Shown: one piece after another, positions 18,095 through 31,511 of the stretch
Layout of the letters: each line of letters starts with the position of its first letter
Numbering within the stretch: the stretch's first letter is position 1
NCBI GenBank assembly: GCA_964452165.1
Contig: CAYVKP010000001.1
Span: 554,729 to 618,728, forward strand
Reading direction: 5' to 3'
DNA: 64,000 nt
From: an uncultured Gammaproteobacteria bacterium
GTDB taxonomy: Bacteria; Patescibacteriota; Microgenomatia; Levybacterales; GWA1-39-11
Position numbers and translations under genes: made by a program
Notes under the pieces: model-generated
Seen by the model: the letters and a program-made list of their open reading frames with translations, nothing else
The model's database searches: none
Told to the model about the DNA's origin: nothing

Positions 18095-19203
18095 AAATTT
18101 TACTTCTTGCTCCAGTTCACGCGGAAAGCGAATTTATTAATCAAAAAGAAGAGCTACCATTCCTTAAGACTCAGGCCCAACAGGGTTGGTATGACGCCCT
18201 GAAAGAACTGAAGCATAATGTGCGGGTCTTTAGATATACTGACAGTTTTTTAATCCCAAACAATTTCAGAATCGCAGTAGGATCTTTTTTAAAATTTATT
18301 CCACCAATCTGGAGAGCGCGATTTTCAAGGTACGCCAATAAAACAAATTTATATTTTGCAGAAAACATATATAAGAATCGTAAGCTCAAAAGAGCCGCAG
18401 AGGAATTTGCGCCTGAATTATTGATTGTCTCAGGGGGACTGTCAGGGGTTGGCCCCGAAACTTTAATTCGCTTGAAAAATAAAATCAAATTTGAAGCAAT
18501 ATTACTATCTGGTGTTAATCCAACATATGGAGCATCAGGCTACGATAAAAAGCTTGTCAGCAGCGGCTTTTTCGATTTCATATTTGTAAATGATGGGGGT
18601 TATGCAAAGAATTGGGAAAAGATGGGTGCTAAAAAAGTAGTTGTCCTGCCAGTATCAGCTTCAAATCCCAAAATACATACGAAGTATAAGTTAACAAAAA
18701 AAGAGAGCGATGATTATAAATCAGACGTTTGTTTTATAGGAAACCTATCCATTTATAGACAGAATATTCTTGAGAATCTTGTCAACTTTGACTTAAAAAT
18801 TTGGGGGGTCTTGCCTCCGGGGGTAAAGCTATCTGCGGTGTTGGAGAAGTATTATTTTGGGCATGCTACCGGAGAGAAGATGGCAAAGATTTATAATGCT
18901 ACAAAAATCGCACTTAACATACACGAAAAAGATATGAGATTTGGGGGCAACTTAAAAACTTTTGAAATCCCTGCATGTGGAGCCTTTCAGCTTACAGACG
19001 TAGTTTCGAGCAATTGGTTTAGAAAAGGGGAAGAGATCGTTGTTTACAGTAACTCAAAAGACCTTAAGAACAAAACCAGATATTACCTGGAGCACGATAA
19101 GAAACGTAGATTGATAGCCGAAGCAGGTTACAGTCGAACGGTAAAAGATCACAGATACACTAATCGGTTCAAAGAGATAATCTCAATTATTAATTCAAGA
19201 TGA
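18091..19203 (+). CDS. CgeB-like glycosyltransferase (DUF3880/GT1-like)
   Basis: KIALNIHEKDMRFGGNLKTFEIPACGAFQLTD resembles the CgeB-family C-terminal motif. Confidence 0.5.
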   Translation: MKILLLAPVHAESEFINQKEELPFLKTQAQQGWYDALKELKHNVRVFRYTDSFLIPNNFRIAVGSFLKFIPPIWRARFSRYANKTNLYFAENIYKNRKLKRAAEEFAPELLIVSGGLSGVGPETLIRLKNKIKFEAILLSGVNPTYGASGYDKKLVSSGFFDFIFVNDGGYAKNWEKMGAKKVVVLPVSASNPKIHTKYKLTKKESDDYKSDVCFIGNLSIYRQNILENLVNFDLKIWGVLPPGVKLSAVLEKYYFGHATGEKMAKIYNATKIALNIHEKDMRFGGNLKTFEIPACGAFQLTDVVSSNWFRKGEEIVVYSNSKDLKNKTRYYLEHDKKRRLIAEAGYSRTVKDHRYTNRFKEIISIINSR

Positions 19204-19787
19204 ACATTATCAGAAAAGTATTTAATAGGTTTTATTATAGTCCGCGTTTTTTTTGGGACGGTTGGGCGCCCGATTTCATTAAGGATACTTGGCAGGTTAA
19301 GATTCACAGACAACACGCATGGCTACTTGCTAAAGTTAGGGAATCGTCTCCTGTATCAATGCTTGAGGTCGGTTGTGGGTTTGGTAGAAACATAAATTTT
19401 TTGATTAAAAATGGGGCAGGAAGCTCTATTGAAGGATTTGACATAAGTCGTTCCATGATAAATTTAGCAAAAAAAAGGATCGACAACGGAAATGTAAAAC
19501 TTTTTGTTGATAACATCTCAGATACTAGAACTAAGGGAAAATATGACCTGGTATTTACCCATGGAGTTTTGATGCATGTAAAACCATCAGAACTTGAGGG
19601 CGCAGTTAAAAACTTAGTAAGACTTTCCGGGAAGTATCTAATCTTAATTGAGCAAAATTATGGAGGAAATAAATATACTTTCAAACATGATTACCGTAAA
19701 TACTTAGGAAAGCAAAGAATAAAAATAATAGAATATAAAAGTGACAAAAAATTAGGCCTGGACTTAATCTATGCTAAAGTACGGTAA
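19200..19787 (+). CDS. Class I SAM-dependent methyltransferase
   Basis: LEVGCGFGRNINFL is a motif I glycine-rich loop. Confidence 0.65.
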   Translation: MNIIRKVFNRFYYSPRFFWDGWAPDFIKDTWQVKIHRQHAWLLAKVRESSPVSMLEVGCGFGRNINFLIKNGAGSSIEGFDISRSMINLAKKRIDNGNVKLFVDNISDTRTKGKYDLVFTHGVLMHVKPSELEGAVKNLVRLSGKYLILIEQNYGGNKYTFKHDYRKYLGKQRIKIIEYKSDKKLGLDLIYAKVR

Positions 19788-20427
19788 AAATAAAAAATTC
19801 AATCCTACTGCTCTTGAAAAGCTAAATATAGACAGACAAACTGTCGAGTTTGTTCCGGAAGGAAGTAGGGTTCTTGATATAGGCTGTGCAACTGGCTTTA
19901 TGGGAGAGTATCTTAAAAAGAGGAAAAAGTGTTTTGTCATTGGGATAGAGCACGCAAAAGACGAAGCAAGTCAGGCATCAAAAGTCCTAGATGGTGTAAT
20001 TGAGGGAGATGTCGAGGACATAAAGACACTCAACAAAGTTAAACAAAAGTTTGATGTAATAATTGCATCGGCATTAATAGAGCATCTTAAGAATCCCAGA
20101 CAGTTTCTTAAAAATATTAAGAAGCTTCTTGTTCCTTCGGGTTTTGTTGTAGTCACGACCCCAAATATTGTTCATTGGTCTATTAGAAAAAAAATATTGA
20201 GCGGGAACTTTGAATACGAAGACTATGGAATCTTAGATAACACTCATTTAAAATTCTTTACGACCAAGACTTTTCCCCAGGTTTTTAGGGAAGCAGGGTA
20301 TATGATTGATAAGTTTTCAATAGACCCGGTTGGCGGCGGTTATCCAAGGTTAAGCTTGATCCTTTCAAAAATATTTCCCAACACGTTTGCTTACCAAATG
20401 TTGGTTAAAGCTACTCCCACGAAATGA
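19771..20427 (+). CDS. Class I SAM-dependent methyltransferase (second copy)
   Basis: RVLDIGCATGFMGEYL is motif I, with an acidic motif II further downstream. Confidence 0.65.
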   Translation: MLKYGKNKKFNPTALEKLNIDRQTVEFVPEGSRVLDIGCATGFMGEYLKKRKKCFVIGIEHAKDEASQASKVLDGVIEGDVEDIKTLNKVKQKFDVIIASALIEHLKNPRQFLKNIKKLLVPSGFVVVTTPNIVHWSIRKKILSGNFEYEDYGILDNTHLKFFTTKTFPQVFREAGYMIDKFSIDPVGGGYPRLSLILSKIFPNTFAYQMLVKATPTK

Positions 20428-21275
20428 AAGAAGATGTATCGATCTCCATAGTATCTTACAACACAAAGAAACTACTCGCCAGATGTCTTAGGTCTATTTA
20501 CCAAAAAACTAAAGGCATCAAATTCGAAATCATAGTCATTGACAACAACTCAAGCGATGGAAGCAGCAGTATGCTTAAAAAGGATTTCCCAAAAGTTAAG
20601 CTAATAGAGAACAAGCAAAATAATTTTTACGCTGGAGCTAACAATCAGGCCTTACAAATTGCCGGTGGAAAATATTTTCTGATTCTCAATGCAGATACGT
20701 TTTTTGTCGACAACTCAATTAAAAAAATAAACGATTACATGGAAAAAAACAGAAAGGTAGGAGCTGTTGAAGGACTTGAGATTTATACCAGCGGACAAAA
20801 CGTTGACACCGGATCACTATTTTCCACTCCAGAAATTGATTTCTATGAGCTAAGTCTAATTGGGAAAAGGCTTAGAAAACAAAAAATGGTCAGTGACTAC
20901 AGGATTTCGAATAAAGACAGAAGTGAAGACTTTGAGGTAGACGTGGGGTGCGACGCCTTTTTATGTGTAAGAACTGATATTTTGAAAAAGATTGGAGGAT
21001 ACGACAATAAACTTCGTTTGTTCTATACGGAAAATGATTTGTGTCTCCGTATCAAAAAATCGGGACACAAAATATTTCATTTAGGGAAAGCAAAAGTTAT
21101 ACATGAAGTATCGGCGTCAACAAAAAAAATAGGGTGGAGGAAATTGGATATATATTACAATGACATGCTTAGGTATTATGTGAAAAATGGATATCTACTT
21201 GGTGGTATTTTATTGTTTATTCTGCTAAAGCTTGAGGAGACTGTATTAAAGATTTTTAGGCCAAACATGGTTTGA
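20424..21275 (+). CDS. Glycosyltransferase family 2
   Basis: ISIVSYNTKKLLARCLRSIYQ...IIVIDNNSSDGS...ILNADTFF is a GT-A fold with DxD. Confidence 0.7.
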   Translation: MKEDVSISIVSYNTKKLLARCLRSIYQKTKGIKFEIIVIDNNSSDGSSSMLKKDFPKVKLIENKQNNFYAGANNQALQIAGGKYFLILNADTFFVDNSIKKINDYMEKNRKVGAVEGLEIYTSGQNVDTGSLFSTPEIDFYELSLIGKRLRKQKMVSDYRISNKDRSEDFEVDVGCDAFLCVRTDILKKIGGYDNKLRLFYTENDLCLRIKKSGHKIFHLGKAKVIHEVSASTKKIGWRKLDIYYNDMLRYYVKNGYLLGGILLFILLKLEETVLKIFRPNMV

Positions 21276-22687
21276 TGTCGAAGAAAAATATTCTCAAGCA
21301 ATTTCCAATAGTTTCTATAGTCGTTCTTGGTCTTTTTCTGAGAGTTGACAGAATAGATTCTCTCGCCGCCTTTATAGGAGATCAGGGTTGGTTTTTTTTA
21401 TCTGCCAGAGACATGATTTTGGGCAGGTCATTTCCCCTTGTCGGAATAACTTCAAGCCACACCTGGTTGCATCAGGGTCCTTTATGGACTTATATGTTGG
21501 CAATGGTTTTGAAAATATCTGGTTTCGCTCCTGTTGCCGGCACATTTCTAACATCAGCAATAGGAGTTATATCTATTTTTTTGGTTTATAAGATAGGGAG
21601 GGAATTCTTCTCTGAGAGGTTTGCACTTGTTGCTGCGGTTTTTTTCGCAACTTCTCCTCTCGTTGTTATTCACGATAGATTTGCTTATCACACAAGTCCA
21701 ATTCCGTTCGTTGTTCTTGTGTTGTTTTACAGCGTATTGAGGGTTCTTTCGGGCAAAATAAAATTCGCTCCAATAGCTGCCCTATCTATTGCGGTCCTTT
21801 ACAACCTCGAGCTTTCAACTGTGGTTTTCATTCCGGTTTTAGTTTTTTTGTTTGTCTATGGTATTTATAGAAAAGAAAACTGGACAAAAAAATTATTTGC
21901 TAATAAAACATATCTTGGTCTGACTATTCCGGCAGTTATTGTCCCTATGGCTCCAATATTGATATACGATACAGGTCATGGATTCCCTCAGACCTTAAAG
22001 TACGCCGGCTGGTTCGCCTTTCGTATGTTTGGCTTTCTGGGTTTGTATAAAATAGGTGGTTCGGCCGATACATTTCCCTCAGTGATCTCGTTCTTTTTGC
22101 AAAGATATCAGCTCCTATTTTTTGCATATAACCTTTGGTTATCACTTATTGTATTAGTAATAAGCGTATTATTTGTTGTTCGGGGAGGAATAAGAACCAT
22201 ATCAAAACCCATTGGGGTAACATTGTTATTCTTGATTATTCCGTTGATTGGTTTTATTCTCTCAAAAACTGCATCTGAGGCATACCTTCCCATGCTTTTT
22301 CCGGGTCTTATTCTTGCCTTATCTTACTTGATTAGTATGCTTCTGGAAACTAAATTTAAAGTCATAGTCTTTACCATTTTTATAGCACTTATAGTAGCGA
22401 ATGTTTATTTTATTAGAAGCCAAAATTATTTGGCAGGCAAACCGGGTGGTTTTGGCCCAGGAATTGGTGATAGGGTGAAAATTGCAAAAAGAATTATTAC
22501 GTTATCGGGCGGTCAGGATTTTAACATCAAGCTCAAGGGTCCGGGTAGTCAGTTTGCAAGTTCAACAATGAACTATGAATACTTAATTTGGTGGCTATCA
22601 AGAAAAGAGCCTAATAAAAACTCAAAGAATGTTTTTGTAATTTCGGAGAATAATAATAGCATAAAATTGAACACGCTACATCGATGA
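21272..22687 (+). CDS. GT-C-fold membrane glycosyltransferase (ArnT/PMT family-39-like)
   Basis: A polytopic protein with an N-terminal loop LFLRVDRIDSLAAFIGDQGWFF typical of PMT_2/ArnT-like enzymes. Confidence 0.5.
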   Translation: MMSKKNILKQFPIVSIVVLGLFLRVDRIDSLAAFIGDQGWFFLSARDMILGRSFPLVGITSSHTWLHQGPLWTYMLAMVLKISGFAPVAGTFLTSAIGVISIFLVYKIGREFFSERFALVAAVFFATSPLVVIHDRFAYHTSPIPFVVLVLFYSVLRVLSGKIKFAPIAALSIAVLYNLELSTVVFIPVLVFLFVYGIYRKENWTKKLFANKTYLGLTIPAVIVPMAPILIYDTGHGFPQTLKYAGWFAFRMFGFLGLYKIGGSADTFPSVISFFLQRYQLLFFAYNLWLSLIVLVISVLFVVRGGIRTISKPIGVTLLFLIIPLIGFILSKTASEAYLPMLFPGLILALSYLISMLLETKFKVIVFTIFIALIVANVYFIRSQNYLAGKPGGFGPGIGDRVKIAKRIITLSGGQDFNIKLKGPGSQFASSTMNYEYLIWWLSRKEPNKNSKNVFVISENNNSIKLNTLHR

Positions 22688-22712
22688 GATCACTACGTGA
22701 TAAAATATAAAA

Positions 22713-23465
22713 ATGAACAAGTTATCAGTTGTAATCTTGACTAAAAATGAAGAAAAAAATATCCTGGATTGCCTCGAAAGCATCGGCGAAGTAGATGAAA
22801 TTTTGATAATTGATGATTTTTCAACAGATAGGACCCGAGAAGTAATAAAATCTTTAAACAAGAAGAATGTAAAGATTATTGAGCACGCCGTCGACGGAGA
22901 TTTTGCGTCTCAGAGAAATTTTGCTTTAGCAAAGGCGAAAAATGATTGGACACTTTTTATAGACGCAGATGAAAGACTGACGGAAAATCTTAAGTCAGAG
23001 ATTGAGGGGCAAATAATAAATACGAGCGTAGACGGGTTTTATATAGCAAGAAAAGACGTTATGTGGGGTAAGGAGTTGAAACACGGAGATGCAGGAACTT
23101 CAAAACTATTGAGATTGGCAAAAAGAAACGGAGGGAAATGGGCGGGTCGCATTCATGAAGTCTGGAACGTTGAAGGGCAGGTAACAGTCTTAAAAAATGA
23201 GCTTCTTCATTATCCTCACCAAACCGTAAAGGAGTTTCTTGCGGAGATCAATTTCTACACGACAATAAGGGCGGATGAGCTATACGAGCAAAAAGTTAAA
23301 GTTTCCCTTATTGACGTTGTTCTCTATACTAAGGCAAAGTTCTTAGCCAACTATTTCCTTAAATTAGGAGTCTTGGACGGAATGCAAGGGCTAGTTGCAG
23401 CGTTTATGATGAGCATGCATTCTTTTCTTGTTCGTTCCAAGTTATGGTTAAGATACCAAAAGTAA
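22713..23465 (+). CDS. Glycosyltransferase family 2
   Basis: LSVVILTKNEEKNILDCLESI...ILIIDDFSTDRT...FIDADERL. Confidence 0.7.
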   Translation: MNKLSVVILTKNEEKNILDCLESIGEVDEILIIDDFSTDRTREVIKSLNKKNVKIIEHAVDGDFASQRNFALAKAKNDWTLFIDADERLTENLKSEIEGQIINTSVDGFYIARKDVMWGKELKHGDAGTSKLLRLAKRNGGKWAGRIHEVWNVEGQVTVLKNELLHYPHQTVKEFLAEINFYTTIRADELYEQKVKVSLIDVVLYTKAKFLANYFLKLGVLDGMQGLVAAFMMSMHSFLVRSKLWLRYQK

Positions 23466-23541
23466 TTGTCCTCCTTCTTTCGGCATTTTCAACAGCTGTA
23501 TTTGTAGATTATCTCCTTTTCCTAATTTGTAGAGTAAAAAT

Positions 23542-25083
23542 ATGTATGCCGTTGCCGTTTTAATAGGAATTTATTCATATTCCATATTTCTTCTAGGGAT
23601 TTTTGGGTTTTTAACTTTCAAGCCCATATTGTTTGTAACCTTATTGTTCTTTCTATCCATGTTCTACGTATCAACCAAAATTTCTTGGCAAGCTTTCCAC
23701 AAAGCCTCTGTAAGATGGCTTGTAGGAATCAAAAAATTCGAAGCCGTCATGTTAGTACTAATGCTCGCGCTTGTGGCGGTTAATTTTATTGGAGTTTTAG
23801 GTCCTGAATTGTCATTCGACGCTCTTTGGTATCACTTAACCTTTCCTAAGTTATATTTGGCCACTGGCTCGATCTTCCACATCCCAGGAGGTCTATTGTA
23901 TTACTCTGACATGCCAAAACTTGTCGAGATGCTTTATATTCCTGCGGTTTTGTTTGGGGGAGAGACCGTAGCCAAATTTGTTCATTTTGCTTTCGGGTTG
24001 GGGTCGGCTCTCGTTACTTATAAACTCGCGCGAAAGTTCGTCTCTGAAAGGTTGGCACTACTATCCTGTTTGGTATTCTATTCAAATCTGGTGATTGATT
24101 GGTTATCCATAACAGCCTATATAGATCTTGCTAGAACTTTCTTTGAGGTAACTGCAATGTATTACTTAATTGATTACATTCAAAAAAAGAAAACAAAGTC
24201 TGTAGTTATTTCGGGTGTCATTCTAGGATTGGCTGTGTGTACAAAAATTCTTTCTGCGGTTGATCTAGTTTCTTTTATTGGTTTAATTCTTTTGTTTACA
24301 AAATCTGTAAAAAACAGTTTGATATTTCTGCTCGTTACTTTACTTGTCCTCTTGCCGTGGTTGGTTTTCGCTTACTTGAATACAGGAAATCCATTCTATC
24401 CTTTTTTTAGCGATATATATAAAGTCGGTTTCGGCCTGAACTTATCAAATATCATCAACTTTATTCACAGTCCCGATCCGCTATCACCCATTTACTTAAT
24501 ATTCTTGCCCGTACTTTTTATTGTCTTCAAGAAAATGTCTGGTTTGGAAAAAATATTGGTCTTTTATTCAATCGGGTCTTTTCTAATATGGTTTGTTGTG
24601 CCTCAAAGTGGCGGAGGGAGATTTATAGCCCCTTATCTACCGGCCTTCTCAATTTTGGTAGTGGTAATATTAGCAAAAATAGAAAATAAATTGTTCGCAA
24701 AATACCTGACAGCATTAATTTTTGTTCTTGCCACTGTAAGTATTTTGTATAGAGGAGCCGCCAACTATAAGTATGTTCCCGTAATATTGGGTAAACAAAC
24801 TAAAAGTGAATTTCTATCCAATAACCTCAATTTTAAATTCGGCGATTTTTATGATGTAGACGGTTATTTCAAATCTCATCTTTCAAAAAATGATAGAGTG
24901 CTAACGATTGGAATTCACAATTTATATTATGTAGATTTCAATTTCATAGATGAATCCTGGGTTAAGCCGGGAGACTTCTATGATTATATTTTGACTCAAA
25001 ACGTTAGTTTACCAAGCAAATATAAAAATGTTCATTTGGTTTACGAAAATAATAAAACGGGTGTTAAACTATATAAAATATGA
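23542..25083 (+). CDS. Large polytopic membrane protein (possible GT-C-like glycosyltransferase)
   Basis: More than 10 predicted TM helices, sitting between GT genes. No diagnostic motif was found. Confidence 0.35.
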   Translation: MYAVAVLIGIYSYSIFLLGIFGFLTFKPILFVTLLFFLSMFYVSTKISWQAFHKASVRWLVGIKKFEAVMLVLMLALVAVNFIGVLGPELSFDALWYHLTFPKLYLATGSIFHIPGGLLYYSDMPKLVEMLYIPAVLFGGETVAKFVHFAFGLGSALVTYKLARKFVSERLALLSCLVFYSNLVIDWLSITAYIDLARTFFEVTAMYYLIDYIQKKKTKSVVISGVILGLAVCTKILSAVDLVSFIGLILLFTKSVKNSLIFLLVTLLVLLPWLVFAYLNTGNPFYPFFSDIYKVGFGLNLSNIINFIHSPDPLSPIYLIFLPVLFIVFKKMSGLEKILVFYSIGSFLIWFVVPQSGGGRFIAPYLPAFSILVVVILAKIENKLFAKYLTALIFVLATVSILYRGAANYKYVPVILGKQTKSEFLSNNLNFKFGDFYDVDGYFKSHLSKNDRVLTIGIHNLYYVDFNFIDESWVKPGDFYDYILTQNVSLPSKYKNVHLVYENNKTGVKLYKI

Positions 25084-26276
25084 ACCTACTTCTTAGTTTA
25101 TTGATTTTCTCTTTACCTTTGGGGGTATTATCCAGGATTAATCTGTATCCAGATGTCTATTTTTACCTCCATGATGTATTTGCTTTGGCAATTTTTATGC
25201 TCTTTTTGGTTAGGGTATTCAAAAAGAAAATATCTTTTGGACCGAATAAAATGCTTAAGATGTATCTTGGTTTTGTTTTGATAGGATTTTTTGCGTTAGT
25301 AATTAACCTAAGATTTCTCAATCCTACTACGTTTTTGGTATCTATCTCCTATTTGCTTAGATACATAGCTTATTCCTCAATTATTTTTGTATTTACTAGC
25401 CAGGATTCAAAGTTATTCAAGAATTTGAACATTAAGCTGTTGATTGCCGGTTTGGTTTTCATAATTTTAGGATATGTTCAATTTTTCTTTTATCCAAATT
25501 TAAGAAATTTATACTATGCAGGGTGGGACGATCACCTATATAGGCTTTTCTCAACCATGCTTGATCCAAATTTTGCCGGTGTGTTTATAGCCCTAATTAC
25601 TATACTGGGTTTGGTAAACCTAATGGATAGTTTAAGTAAAAAAGATAAAATCGGAGCGTTAGTGCTTGGGACTTTCGATTTGCTATTGGTGATAGCAATT
25701 TACCTTACTCACTCTCGTAGTGCGATTATCTCTCTTCTGTTTGGTGTTGTAGCACTTCTTATTATGGAAAAGAAAATCAAAGCTATCTTCCCGCTAATTT
25801 TGGTAGTGGTGATTGGGTTTTTTCTATTCTCAAATTTCAAGACAGAGGGACTTAATCCTTTAAGAATTGCATCAGCAGAGGCAAGAATAGATTCGGCGAA
25901 CGAAGCAAAAGCCATTTTTATGAAGAATCCACTTTTGGGTGTTGGATTCAACTCTTATAGATATGCTCAAATAAGGTACGGTTTTAGGAAGACCTCAATC
26001 ATTCCCACAAATGCGGATGCGGGGACAGACAACAGCTATCTCTTTGTTTTGGTAACAACGGGAATTGTTGGTTTCTTCTTTTTTGCAAAGTTTATTATAG
26101 AAGTTTATGCGTCTCTTCGAGCACTATCAAAAAATAAAGAAATCTTGGTCAGAGCGGCACTGCCTTCATTTATAACGATATTGATAAGTTCGTTTTTTAT
26201 TAACGTTCTCTTTTATCCTTTAATTATCTCCTGGGTATTTGTCTTGATTGGAGTTACTGTGAGTAGGAGACGGTAA
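25080..26276 (+). CDS. O-antigen ligase/polymerase family (Wzy_C domain) protein
   Basis: LTHSRSAIISLLFGVVALL and DNSYLFVLVTTGIVGFFFF match the Wzy_C core. Confidence 0.6.
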   Translation: MNLLLSLLIFSLPLGVLSRINLYPDVYFYLHDVFALAIFMLFLVRVFKKKISFGPNKMLKMYLGFVLIGFFALVINLRFLNPTTFLVSISYLLRYIAYSSIIFVFTSQDSKLFKNLNIKLLIAGLVFIILGYVQFFFYPNLRNLYYAGWDDHLYRLFSTMLDPNFAGVFIALITILGLVNLMDSLSKKDKIGALVLGTFDLLLVIAIYLTHSRSAIISLLFGVVALLIMEKKIKAIFPLILVVVIGFFLFSNFKTEGLNPLRIASAEARIDSANEAKAIFMKNPLLGVGFNSYRYAQIRYGFRKTSIIPTNADAGTDNSYLFVLVTTGIVGFFFFAKFIIEVYASLRALSKNKEILVRAALPSFITILISSFFINVLFYPLIISWVFVLIGVTVSRRR

Positions 26277-26970
26277 GTTCTTTTGTGGTTGAATTTCCTG
26301 CAGGTCCCGTAGCAACTACTGTTATTTTGTTATCGCCGTTGTTAAGCTTAATTTGGTAAGAAAAGTTACCCTGGCTATCAACTATAGCAACGAATCCATT
26401 CACGCTCACAGCATTGTCGGAATCCGTTGTTCCCTTTACGGTTATCTCTTGGTCTGCCTTTGAAAAACTTTGATGATCTGAAGGATATGATACGTCAAGT
26501 TTTGGTGCGCTCTTAACGTAAGAAATTTTCTGTTCGTCTGAAAAATCGCTTTTCTTTTCTCCGATTAGAATCCTAGCCTTTACAAGATTGTCCCCCTCCG
26601 AAAGTCTAACTCCATCTGCCCTGAAGGTTTGAGAACTATCTATATTTACTTCTTTCCCAAGTGATCCATTAACATAGATCTGCGCTTTCCCTTCCTGGTA
26701 ATCTGCTCTACCGCTAACGCTTATTTGGGCGCTCGGCGTAGCATCAGGGAGAAGATCCAAAGTTGGAGGCTGGACTTGATCGCTTCCTTTAATTGCGGCC
26801 TGTTCAGAAGACTTACCTGTAATTTTATCTATCAGTGACCCTGTACTACTGAGAAGTGTTGGACCGATAGTGAAAGCAATAATTAAGACAACCGCAATTC
26901 CACCGAGGGACCAATAGAGTTGGCTTTTGCTTTGTTTGACAGTTCTTCTTGTTAATCTCGATTCGGCCAT
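26254..26970 (-). CDS. Membrane-anchored extracellular protein (Ig-like/beta-rich), last gene of the atp operon
   Basis: N-terminal TM anchor followed by S/T/N-rich repeats. It lies 4 nt downstream of atpC. Confidence 0.4.
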   Translation of the reverse strand: MAESRLTRRTVKQSKSQLYWSLGGIAVVLIIAFTIGPTLLSSTGSLIDKITGKSSEQAAIKGSDQVQPPTLDLLPDATPSAQISVSGRADYQEGKAQIYVNGSLGKEVNIDSSQTFRADGVRLSEGDNLVKARILIGEKKSDFSDEQKISYVKSAPKLDVSYPSDHQSFSKADQEITVKGTTDSDNAVSVNGFVAIVDSQGNFSYQIKLNNGDNKITVVATGPAGNSTTKELTVSYSQ

Positions 26971-26974
26971 TTTA

Positions 26975-29618
<2,644 letters not shown>

Positions 29619-29619
<1 letters not shown>

Positions 29620-31154
29620 TATTTTAGAGTTTTAACAAAATTATTTAGCTCGTTTTTCAAATCTTTTTCTGTTTTTTCATCAAGTTTTTTACCATCGGAT
29701 AAATTTTCATAAAGTTTTTTGTTTTTAACCCTTATGTATGAGTGAACTTTTTCTTCAAATTGGCTGATCTTCTCAACTGGAAGCTCGTCTAACGCGCCAG
29801 AGGTTGCTGCAAATATGCTTATAAATTCCGATGCTTCATCATATGGAGCAAATTGTGGCTGTTTCAATATCTCAGCAACTCTTTTTCCAAGATCAAGTTG
29901 TTTTTGTGTTTGTTCGTCAAGGTCGCTTCCAAACTGAGCAAAAGCTGCAAGCGATCTATATTGAGCAAGATTAAGCCTTAAGGGACCTGAAACTTGTTTC
30001 ATCAGTTTAGTTTGAGCAGCTCCACCTACACGGGAAACTGAAAGTCCCACGTCAATTGCCGGACGAGTACCTGCATTAAATAAGTCGGTTTTAAGATATA
30101 TCTGTCCGTCGGTAATTGAGATAACATTCGTTGGAATATAGGCTGAAATATCATCTGCTTGTGTTTCAATTATGGGGAATGAGGTGATGGATCCTCCTCC
30201 CTCGCTTTCCGCTAGTCTTGCGGAGCGCTCTAAAAGTCTTGAGTGGAGGTAGAATATGTCCCCGGGATATGCCTCGCGTCCTGCGGGGCGGCGCAAAAGC
30301 AGGGAGATCTGGCGGTATGCCCATGCATGCTTTGTAAGGTCGTCATAAATTACGAGAACGTCATTTCCCTTCTCCATAAAGTATTCTGCAATTGCGGTTG
30401 CCGTAAATGGTGCAAGGTATTGAAGTGCGGGCGCATCTGAAGCCGATGCCGCAACAACAATGCTATAGTCCATCGCGCCTTTTTCCGTAAGAATTGCAAT
30501 GGTTCTGGCAATATTTCCTCTCTTTTGTCCAATGGGGCAATAAATACAGATTACTTGTTTTGCACCCAAATCTCGCTTTTTTTGATTCAAAATAGCATCT
30601 ACCGCGATCGCCGTTTTACCCGTATTTCGATCTCCGATTATCAATTCTCTCTGGCCTCGACCAATTGGAATCATTGAATCAATAGCTTTAATACCAGTTT
30701 TTAAGGGGGTATCGACCGGCTGGCGTTCAATAACGCCGGGAGCAATTTTCTCAAGCGGATAGAATTTACCGCTCATTTTGAGAGGTTTGCCGTCGAGAGG
30801 GGCCTCTAGAGGATCAACGACTCTCCCTATAAGATTTTCGGAGACATTAACACCAAGTATTAAACCGGTGGTTTTAACCTCCATATTCTCAGAAATCGAG
30901 TTGGTGTCTGAGAGTAAAATTACTGAAGCTTGGTCTTCATCTAAGTTAAATACCAATCCGCGAGTTTTGTCTTCAAATTCGACTTCTTCTCCAAAACCGG
31001 CGCCCGAGAGCCCTGAGACCGTTACAATTCCATCGGCAACCGATAAAACCTTGCCAACATTCTCAGCCTTTGGAACTATATCCATTTTGGACAGTTTTCC
31101 TTCGAGTTGCGATATAAAGTTTTGTATTTCCGAATTTTGGTTTTTGTTTGCCAT
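29619..31154 (-). CDS. atpA: ATP synthase F1 alpha subunit
   Basis: GDRNTGKTAIAVDAILNQK is the P-loop. Length is 511 aa. Confidence 0.9.
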
Positions 31155-31511
31155 TTAGTTTTTTAAATTATCAACCGTGTTATCAATGTAATTTTTGATA
31201 GATAAGTCCATAATTGTATCATTAATAATTGCCTTTATCCCAGGACCAAAATCATCATTTTGTTCAAACACTACATGCTTATTGGAAAATTTTTTCAGGA
31301 GAGCACTTTTGAAAGTAGCGTTTATGGGATCGCTAGAAACAATTCTTACCATATTTTTTTGTGCGATGGTTTTCAATAGTCTTATGTAGTAAATTAGTTC
31401 CTTCCTACTTAATTTATTGAGGACAAAGGTTGCTACTTTTTGATTTATCTTAGTCTCATCAATTGTTAGCTTTGCTAATTGTTTTATTTGATTTTTATTC
31501 ATATTTTTCAA
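31155..31511 (-). CDS. atpH: ATP synthase F1 delta subunit (short, 118 aa)
   Basis: The call rests on position between atpF and atpA and on OSCP-like C-terminal helices. It is shorter than typical delta subunits. Confidence 0.5.
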   Translation of the reverse strand: MKNMNKNQIKQLAKLTIDETKINQKVATFVLNKLSRKELIYYIRLLKTIAQKNMVRIVSSDPINATFKSALLKKFSNKHVVFEQNDDFGPGIKAIINDTIMDLSIKNYIDNTVDNLKN

